DNA from: Auanema rhodensis
Taxonomy: Eukaryota; Animalia; Nematoda
Assembly (NCBI GenBank): GCA_964057225.1
Contig: OZ059897.1
Span: 5,022,001 to 5,086,000 of the forward strand
DNA length: 64,000 bases
Direction of reading: 5' to 3'
Shown: positions 53,858 to 64,000 of the stretch, in pieces
Position numbering within the stretch: position 1 is the first letter of the stretch
Layout of the letters: each line of letters opens with the position of its first letter
The notes under the pieces: generated by a model
Told to the model about the DNA's origin: nothing
Databases searched by the model: none
Seen by the model: only the letters and a program-made list of their open reading frames with translations
Program-made: the position numbers and the translations under genes

Positions 53858-56800
53858 CACGTGTACATTTAATTAGCATAAATTGAAGTTCACGTAAATT
53901 TCAAAGTCATGGTTACCATGCACCAATATCAATAAAAATTTGTTTTTAGACTAATATGGACATGGGGAATCTAATTTTGAAAACCGCGTCTCTTTATCTT
54001 TCACGTGAAGCGAGTTACATACCAAGTGCACATCACGTGTACATTTAATTAGCATAAATTAAAGTTCACGTAAATTTCAAAGTCATGGTTACCATGCACC
54101 AATATCAATAAAAATTTGTTTTCAGACTAATATGGAGATGGGGAATCTAATATTGAAAACCGCATCTCTTTATCTTTCACGTGAAGTGAGTTACATACCA
54201 AGTGCACAGCACGTGTACATTTAATTAGCATAAATTAAAGTTCACGTAAATTTCAAAGTCATGGTTACCATGCACTAATATCAATAAAAATTTGTTTTTA
54301 GACTAATATGGACATGGGGAATCTAATTTTGAAAACCGAATCTCTTTATCTTTCACGTGAAGCAAGTTACATACCAAGTGCACATCACGTGCACATTTAA
54401 TTAGCATAAATTAAAGTTCACGTAAATTTCAAAGTCATGGTTACCATGCACCAATATCAATAAAAATTTGTTTTTAGACTAATATGCACATGGGGAATCT
54501 AATTTTAAAAACCGCATCTCTTTATCTTTCACGTGAAGTGAGTTACATACCAAGTGCACAGCACGTGTACATTTAATTAGCATAAATTAAAGTTCACGTA
54601 AATTTCAAAGTCATGGTTACCATGCACTAATATCAATAAAAATTTGTTTTTAGACTAATATGGACATGGGGAATCTAATTTTGAAAACCGAATCTCTTTA
54701 TCTTTCACGTGAAGCAAGTTACATACCAAGTGCACATCACGTGCACATTTAATTAGCATAAATTAAAGTTCACGTAAATTTCAAAGTCATGGTTACCATG
54801 CACCAATATCAATAAAAATTGGTTTTTAGACTAATATGGACATGGGGAATCTAATTTTGAAAACCGCATCTCTTTATCTTTCACGTGAAGCGAGTTACAT
54901 ACCAAGTGCACATCACGTGTACATTTAATTAGCATAAATTGAAGTTCACGTAAATTTCAAAGTCATGGTTACCATGCACCAATATCAATAAAAATTTGTT
55001 TTTAGACTAATATGGACATGGGGAATCTAATTTTGAAAACCGCATCTCTTTATCTTTCACGTGAAGTGAGTTACATACCAAGTGTACATCACGTGCACAT
55101 TTAATTAGCATAAATTAAAGTTCACGTAAATTTCAAAGTCATGGTTACCATGCACCAATATCAATAAAAATTTGTTTTTAGACTAATATGGACATGGGGA
55201 ATCTAATTTTGAAAACCGCATCTCTTTATCTTTCACGTGAAGCGAGTTACATACCAAGTGCACATCACGTGTACATTTAATTAGCATAAATTAAAGTTCA
55301 CGTAAATTTCAAAGTCATGGTTACCATGCACCAATATCAATAAAAATTTGTTTTTAGACTAATATGCACATGGGGAATCTAATTTTAAAAACCGCATCTC
55401 TTTATCTTTCACGTGAAGTGAGTTACATACCAAGTGCATAGCACGTGTACATTTAATTAGCATAAATTAAAGTTCACGTAAATTTCAAAGTCATGGTTAC
55501 CATGCACTAATATCAATAAAAATTTGTTTTCAGACTAATATGGACATGGGGAATCTAATTTTGGAAACCGCATCTCTTTATCTTTCACGTGAAGTGAGTT
55601 ACATACCAAGTGCACATCACGTGTACATTTAATTAGCATAAATTAAAGTTCACGTAAATTTCAAAGTCATGGTTACCATGCACCAATATCAATAAAAATT
55701 TGTTTTTAGACTAATATGGACATGGGGAATCTAATTTTAAAAACCGCATCTCTTTATCTTTCACGTGAAGCAAGTTACATACCAAGTGCATAGCACGTGT
55801 ACATTTAATTAGCATAAATTAAAGTTCACGTAAATTTCAAAGTCATGGTTACCATGCACCAATATCAATAAAAATTTGTTTTTAGACTAATATGGACATG
55901 GGGAATCTAATTTTGAAAACCGCATCTCTTTATCTTTCACGTGAAGCAAGTTACATACCAAGTGCATATCACGTGCACAATTAATTAGCATAAATTAAAG
56001 TTCACGTAAATTTCAAACTCATGGTTACCATGCACCAATATCAATAAAAATTTGTTTTTAGACTAATATGGACATGGGGAATCTAATTTTAAAAACCGCA
56101 TCTCTTTATCTTTCACGTGAAGCAAGTTACATACCAAGTGCACAGCACGTGTACATTTAATTAGCATAAATTGAAGTTCACGTAAATTTCAAAGTCATGG
56201 TTACCATGCACCAATATCAATAAAAATTTGTTTTTAGACTAATATGGACATGGGGAATCTAATTTTGAAAACCGCGTCTCTTTATCTTTCACGTGAAGCG
56301 AGTTACATACCAAGTGCACATCACGTGTACATTTAATTAGCATAAATTAAAGTTCACGTAAATTTCAAAGTCATGGTTACCATGCACCAATATCAATAAA
56401 AATTTGTTTTCAGACTAATATGGAGATGGGGAATCTAATATTGAAAACCGCATCTCTTTATCTTTCACGTGAAGTGAGTTACATACCAAGTGCACAGCAC
56501 GTGTACATTTAATTAGCATAAATTAAAGTTCACGTAAATTTCAAAGTCATGGTTACCATGCACTAATATCAATAAAAATTTGTTTTTAGACTAATATGGA
56601 CATGGGGAATCTAATTTTGAAAACCGAATCTCTTTATCTTTCACGTGAAGCAAGTTACATACCAAGTGCACATCACGTGCACATTTAATTAGCATAAATT
56701 AAAGTTCACGTAAATTTCAAAGTCATGGTTACCATGCACCAATATCAATAAAAATTTGTTTTTAGACTAATATGCACATGGGGAATCTAATTTTAAAAAC

Positions 56801-58460
56801 CGCATCTCTTTATCTTTCACGTGAAGTGAGTTACATACCAAGTGCACAGCACGTGTACATTTAATTAGCATAAATTAAAGTTCACGTAAATTTCAAAGTC
56901 ATGGTTACCATGCACTAATATCAATAAAAATTTGTTTTTAGACTAATATGGACATGGGGAATCTAATTTTGAAAACCGAATCTCTTTATCTTTCACGTGA
57001 AGCAAGTTACATACCAAGTGCACATCACGTGCACATTTAATTAGCATAAATTAAAGTTCACGTAAATTTCAAAGTCATGGTTACCATGCACCAATATCAA
57101 TAAAAATTGGTTTTTAGACTAATATGGACATGGGGAATCTAATTTTGAAAACCGCATCTCTTTATCTTTCACGTGAAGCGAGTTACATACCAAGTGCACA
57201 TCACGTGTACATTTAATTAGCATAAATTGAAGTTCACGTAAATTTCAAAGTCATGGTTACCATGCACCAATATCAATAAAAATTTGTTTTTAGACTAATA
57301 TGGACATGGGGAATCTAATTTTGAAAACCGCATCTCTTTATCTTTCACGTGAAGTGAGTTACATACCAAGTGTACATCACGTGCACATTTAATTAGCATA
57401 AATTAAAGTTCACGTAAATTTCAAAGTCATGGTTACCATGCACCAATATCAATAAAAATTTGTTTTTAGACTAATATGGACATGGGGAATCTAATTTTGA
57501 AAACCGCATCTCTTTATCTTTCACGTGAAGCGAGTTACATACCAAGTGCACATCACGTGTACATTTAATTAGCATAAATTAAAGTTCACGTAAATTTCAA
57601 AGTCATGGTTACCATGCACCAATATCAATAAAAATTTGTTTTTAGACTAATATGCACATGGGGAATCTAATTTTAAAAACCGCATCTCTTTATCTTTCAC
57701 GTGAAGTGAGTTACATACCAAGTGCATAGCACGTGTACATTTAATTAGCATAAATTAAAGTTCACGTAAATTTCAAAGTCATGGTTACCATGCACTAATA
57801 TCAATAAAAATTTGTTTTCAGACTAATATGGACATGGGGAATCTAATTTTGGAAACCGCATCTCTTTATCTTTCACGTGAAGTGAGTTACATACCAAGTG
57901 CACATCACGTGTACATTTAATTAGCATAAATTAAAGTTCACGTAAATTTCAAAGTCATGGTTACCATGCACCAATATCAATAAAAATTTGTTTTTAGACT
58001 AATATGGACATGGGGAATCTAATTTTAAAAACCGCATCTCTTTATCTTTCACGTGAAGCAAGTTACATACCAAGTGCATAGCACGTGTACATTTAATTAG
58101 CATAAATTAAAGTTCACGTAAATTTCAAAGTCATGGTTACCATGCACCAATATCAATAAAAATTTGTTTTTAGACTAATATGGACATGGGGAATCTAATT
58201 TTGAAAACCGCATCTCTTTATCTTTCACGTGAAGCAAGTTACATACCAAGTGCATATCACGTGCACAATTAATTAGCATAAATTAAAGTTCACGTAAATT
58301 TCAAACTCATGGTTACCATGCACCAATATCAATAAAAATTTGTTTTTAGACTAATATGGACATGGGGAATCTAATTTTAAAAACCGCATCTCTTTATCTT
58401 TCACGTGAAGCAAGTTACATACCAAGTGCACAGCACGTGTACATTTAATTAGCATAAATT
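53858..58460 (+). repeat. 13-monomer (2288 bp) tandem duplication
   Basis: The private G85 variant (AAAATTGGTTTT) occurs at 54821 and 57109. G29/G132, C91 and A131 variants repeat at the same spacing. Confidence 0.88.
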
Positions 58461-59924
58461 AAAGTTCACGTAAATTTCAAAGTCATGGTTACCATGCACC
58501 AATATCAATAAAAATTGGTTTTTAGACTAATATGGACATGGGGAATCTAATTTTGAAAACCGCATCTCTTTATCTTTCACGTGAAGCGAGTTACATACCA
58601 AGTGCACATCACGTGTACATTTAATTAGCATAAATTGAAGTTCACGTAAATTTCAAAGTCATGGTTACCATGCACCAATATCAATAAAAATTTGTTTTTA
58701 GACTAATATGGACATGGGGAATCTAATTTTGAAAACCGCATCTCTTTATCTTTCACGTGAAGTGAGTTACATACCAAGTGTACATCACGTGCACATTTAA
58801 TTAGCATAAATTAAAGTTCACGTAAATTTCAAAGTCATGGTTACCATGCACCAATATCAATAAAAATTTGTTTTTAGACTAATATGGACATGGGGAATCT
58901 AATTTTGAAAACCGCATCTCTTTATCTTTCACGTGAAGCGAGTTACATACCAAGTGCACATCACGTGTACATTTAATTAGCATAAATTAAAGTTCACGTA
59001 AATTTCAAAGTCATGGTTACCATGCACCAATATCAATAAAAATTTGTTTTTAGACTAATATGCACATGGGGAATCTAATTTTAAAAACCGCATCTCTTTA
59101 TCTTTCACGTGAAGTGAGTTACATACCAAGTGCATAGCACGTGTACATTTAATTAGCATAAATTAAAGTTCACGTAAATTTCAAAGTCATGGTTACCATG
59201 CACTAATATCAATAAAAATTTGTTTTCAGACTAATATGGACATGGGGAATCTAATTTTGGAAACCGCATCTCTTTATCTTTCACGTGAAGTGAGTTACAT
59301 ACCAAGTGCACATCACGTGTACATTTAATTAGCATAAATTAAAGTTCACGTAAATTTCAAAGTCATGGTTACCATGCACCAATATCAATAAAAATTTGTT
59401 TTTAGACTAATATGGACATGGGGAATCTAATTTTAAAAACCGCATCTCTTTATCTTTCACGTGAAGCAAGTTACATACCAAGTGCATAGCACGTGTACAT
59501 TTAATTAGCATAAATTAAAGTTCACGTAAATTTCAAAGTCATGGTTACCATGCACCAATATCAATAAAAATTTGTTTTTAGACTAATATGGACATGGGGA
59601 ATCTAATTTTGAAAACCGCATCTCTTTATCTTTCACGTGAAGCAAGTTACATACCAAGTGCATATCACGTGCACAATTAATTAGCATAAATTAAAGTTCA
59701 CGTAAATTTCAAACTCATGGTTACCATGCACCAATATCAATAAAAATTTGTTTTTAGACTAATATGGACATGGGGAATCTAATTTTAAAAACCGCATCTC
59801 TTTATCTTTCACGTGAAGCAAGTTACATACCAAGTGCACAGCACGTGTACATTTAATTAGCATAAATTAAAGTTCACGTAAATTTCAAAGTCATGGTTAC
59901 CATGCACCAATATCAATAAAAATT
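57033..59924 (+). repeat. 8-monomer (1408 bp) tandem duplication overlapping the second 13-mer copy
   Basis: G85 occurs at 57109 and 58517, and the following seven monomer patterns match at +1408. Confidence 0.88.
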
Positions 59925-62900
59925 TGTTTTTAGACTAATATGGACATGGGGAATCTAATTTTGAAAACCGCATCTCTTTATCTTTCACGTGAAGTGGGTT
60001 ACATACCAAGTGCACATCACGTGTACATTTAATTAGCATAAATTAAAGTTCACGTAAATTTCAAAGTCATGGTGACCATGCACTAATATCAATAAAAATT
60101 TGTTTTTAGACTAATATGGACATGGGGAATCTAATTTTAAAAACCGCATCTCTTTATCTTTCACGTGAAGCAAGTTACATACCAAGTGCACAGCACGTGT
60201 ACATTTAATTAGCATAAATTAAAGTTCACGTAAATTTCAAAGTCATGGTTACCATGCACCAATATCAATAAAAATTTGTTTTTAGACTAATATGGACATG
60301 GGGAATCTAATATTGAAAACCGCATCTCTTTATCTTTCACGTGAAGCAAGTTACATCCCAAGTGCACATCACGTGTACATTTAATTAGCATAAATTAAAG
60401 TTCACGTAAATTTCAAAGTCATGGTTACCATGCACCAATATCAATAAAAATTTGTTTTTAGACTAATATGGATATGGGGAATCTAATTTTGAAAACCGCA
60501 TCTCTTTATCTTTCACGTGAAGCGAGTTACATACCAAGTGCACATCACGTGTGCATTTAATTAGCATAAATTAAAGTTCACGTAAATTTCAAAATCATGG
60601 TTACCATGCACCAATATCAATAAAAATTTGTTTTTAGACTAATATGCACATGGGGAATCTAATTTTGAAAACCGCATCTCTTTATCTTTCACGTGAAGCA
60701 AGTTACATACCAAGTGCACAGCACGTGTACATTTAATTAGCATAAATTAAAGTTCACGTAAATTTCAAAGTCATGGTTACCATGCACCAATATCAATAAA
60801 AATTTGTTTTTAAACTAATATGGACATGGGGAATCTAATTTTGAAAACCGCATCTCTTTATCTTTCACGTGAAGCGAGTTACATACCAAGTGCACATCAC
60901 GTGTACATTTAATTAGCATAAATTGAAGTTCACGTAAATTTCAAAGTCATGGTTACCATGCACCAATATCAATAAAAATTTGTTTTTAGACTAATATGGA
61001 CATGGGGAATCTAATTTTGAAAACCGCGTCTCTTTATCTTTCACGTGAAGCGAGTTACATACCAAGTGCACATCACGTGTACATTTAATTAGCATAAATT
61101 AAAGTTCACGTAAATTTCAAAGTCATGGTTACCATGCACCAATATCAATAAAAATTTGTTTTTAGACTAATATGGACATGGGGAATCTAATTTTAAAAAC
61201 CGCATCTCTTCATCTTTCACGTGAAGCAAGTTACATACCAAGTGCACAGCACGTGTACATTTAATTAGCATAAATTAAAGTTCACGTAAATTTCAAAGTC
61301 ATGGTTACCATGCACCAATATCAATAAAAATTTGTTTTTAGACTAATATGGACATGGGGAATCTAATTTTGAAAACCGCATCTCTTTATCTTTCACGTGA
61401 AGCGAGTTACATACCAAGTGCACATCACGTGTACATTTAATTAGCATAAATTAAAGTTCACGTAAATTTCAAAGTCATGGTTACCATGCACCAATATCAA
61501 TAAAAATTTGTTTTTAGACTAATATGGACATGGGGAATCTAATTTTGAAAACCGCATCTCTTTATCTTTCACGTGAAGTGAGTTACATACCAAGTGTACA
61601 TCACGTGCACATTTAATTAGCATAAATTAAAGTTAACGTAAATTTCAAAGTCATGGTTACCATGCACCAATATCAATAAAAATTTGTTTTTAGACTAATA
61701 TGGATATGGGGAATCTAATTTTGAAAACCGCATCTCTTTATCTTTCACGTGAAGCGAGTTACATACCAAGTGCACATCACGTGTACATTTAATTAGCATA
61801 AATTAAAGTTCACGTAAATTTCAAAATCATGGTTACCATGCACTAATATCAATAAAAATTTGTTTTTAGACTAATATGCACATGGGGAATCTAATTTTAA
61901 AAACCGCATCTCTTTATCTTTCACGTGAAGCAAGTTACATACCAAGTGCACAGCACGTGTACATTTAATTAGCATAAATTAAAGTTCACGTAAATTTCAA
62001 AGTCATGGTTACCATGCACTAATATCAATAAAAATTTGTTTTTAGACTAATATGGACATGGGGAATCTAATTTTGAAAACCGCATCTCTTTATCTTTCAC
62101 GTGAAGCAAGTTACATACCAAGTGCACATCACGTGCACATTTAATTAGCATAAATTAAAGTTCACGTAAATTTCAAAGTCATGGTTACCATGCACCAATA
62201 TCAATAAAAATTTGTTTTTAGACTAATATGGACATGGGGAATCTAATTTTGAAAACCGCATCTCTTTATCTTTCACGTGAAGCGAGTTACATACCAAGTG
62301 CACATCACGTGTACATTTAATTAGCATAAATTGAAGTTCACGTAAATTTCAAAGTCATGGTTACCATGCACCAATATCAATAAAAATTTGTTTTTAGACT
62401 AATATGGACATGGGGAATCTAATTTTGAAAACCGCGTCTCTTTATCTTTCACGTGAAGCGAGTTACATACCAAGTGCACATCACGTGTACATTTAATTAG
62501 CATAAATTAAAGTTCACGTAAATTTCAAAGTCATGGTTACCATGCACCAATATCAATAAAAATTTGTTTTTAGACTAATATGGACATGGGGAATCTAATT
62601 TTAAAAACCGCATCTCTTCATCTTTCACGTGAAGCAAGTTACATACTAAGTGCACAGCACGTGTACATTTAATTAGCATAAATTAAAGTTCACGTAAATT
62701 TCAAAGTCATGGTTACCATGCACCAATATCAATAAAAATTTGTTTTTAGACTAATATGGACATGGGGAATCTAATTTTGAAAACCGCATCTCTTTATCTT
62801 TCACGTGAAGCGAGTTACATACCAAGTGCACATCACGTGTACATTTAATTAGCATAAATTAAAGTTCACGTAAATTTCAAAGTCATGGTTACCATGCACC

Positions 62901-64000
62901 AATATCAATAAAAATTTGTTTTTAGACTAATATGGACATGGGGAATCTAATTTTGAAAACCGCATCTCTTTATCTTTCACGTGAAGTGAGTTACATACCA
63001 AGTGTACATCACGTGCACATTTAATTAGCATAAATTAAAGTTAACGTAAATTTCAAAGTCATGGTTACCATGCACCAATATCAATAAAAATTTGTTTTTT
63101 GACTAATATGGACATGGGGAATCTAATTTTGAAAACCGCATCTCTTTATCTTTCACGTGAAGCGAGTTACATACCAAGTGCACATCACGTGTACATTTAA
63201 TTAGCATAAATTAAAGTTCACGTAAGTTTCAAAGTCATGGTGACCATGCACTAATATCAATAAAAATTTGTTTTTAGACTAATATGGAGATGGGGAATCT
63301 AATTTTAAAAACCGCATCTCTTTATCTTTCACGTGAAGCAAGTTACATACCAAGTGCACAGCACGTGTACATTTAATTAGCATAAATTAAAGTTCACGTA
63401 AATTTCAAAGTCATGGTTACCATGCACCAATATCAATAAAAATTTGTTTTCAGACTAATATGGAGATGGGGAATCTAATATTGAAAACGGCATCTCTTTA
63501 TCTTTCACGTGAAGCAAGTTACATCCCAAGTGCACATCACGTGTACATTTAATTAGCATAAATTAAAGTTCACGTAAATTTCAAAGTCATGGTTACCATG
63601 CACCAATATCAATAAAAATTTGTTTTTAGACTAATATGGATATGGGGAATCTAATTTTGAAAACCGCATCTCTTTATCTTTCACGTGAAGCGAGTTACAT
63701 ACCAAGTGCACATCACGTGTGCATTTAATTAGCATAAATTAAAGTTCACGTAAATTTCAAAATCATGGTTACCATGCACCAATATCAATAAAAATTTGTT
63801 TTTAGACTAATATGCACATGGGGAATCTAATTTTAAAAACCGCATCTCTTTATCTTTCACGTGAAGTGAGTTACATACCAAGTGCACAGCACGTGTACAT
63901 TTAATTAGCATAAATTAAAGTTCACGTAAATTTCAAAGTCATGGTTACCATGCACTAATATCAATAAAAATTTGTTTTTAGACTAATATGGACATGGGGA

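Larger units (their letters stand above)
1..64000. repeat. Tandem satellite DNA array, 176-bp monomer, ~363.6 copies, head-to-tail, single orientation (probable centromeric/pericentromeric satellite)
   Basis: The monomer start (T/G)CACGTG recurs at 1, 177, 353 and so on. It is in phase at every 15-monomer checkpoint (2641, 5281, 7921 ... 60721, 63361 = 1+176x360). The last partial monomer starts at 63889. Monomers differ from consensus by only a few substitutions (about 0-6). The array runs off both window ends. The centromeric role is inferred from unit length and HOR structure, not shown. Confidence 0.99.

Noticed and set aside
1-64000. CRISPR array or other repeat-spacer system
   Set aside because: There are no unique spacers: the entire 176 bp is repeated. 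No cas or other genes are present.
1-64000. 5S rDNA, tRNA, snRNA or spliced-leader tandem gene cluster
   Set aside because: I see no recognisable Pol III A/B/C boxes, cloverleaf or conserved RNA sequence in the 32% GC monomer on either strand.
1-64000. Embedded transposon, inversion or telomeric repeat
   Set aside because: The register is unbroken at every checkpoint, and I saw no reverse-orientation monomer or foreign sequence.

Overview
The whole 64,000 bp is one uninterrupted head-to-tail satellite DNA array. It has a 176-bp monomer (about 32% GC), 363 complete copies plus a 112-bp partial copy, all in one orientation. Consensus, phased to position 1: TCACGTGTACATTTAATTAGCATAAATTAAAGTTCACGTAAATTTCAAAGTCATGGTTACCATGCACCAATATCAATAAAAATTTGTTTTTAGACTAATATGGACATGGGGAATCTAATTTTGAAAACCGCATCTCTTTATCTTTCACGTGAAGCGAGTTACATACCAAGTGCACA. 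I found no genes, RNA genes, transposons, CRISPR spacers or unique sequence. The nucleosome-sized unit, very high homogeneity and higher-order repeat (HOR) structure fit a eukaryotic centromeric or pericentromeric satellite; this is inference, and I cannot name the organism or family. The 176-bp register never slips, and variation is substitution-only at about 30 recurrent sites. These variants define a degenerate ancestral 11-monomer cycle overlaid by local 2-, 4-, 7-, 8-, 10-, 11-, 12-, 13- and 19-monomer duplications, chimeric monomers and long-range copies. Each monomer has three helically phased TCACGT cores (two full CACGTG boxes), several short dyads and a CENP-B-box-like 17-mer. The CpG in that 17-mer is the only one of five CpGs showing a common CG/TG/CA polymorphism. 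No novel protein-coding system is supported; the best candidates for new biology are the motif architecture and the array's turnover history. Variant calls were made by eye, so block boundaries are approximate.
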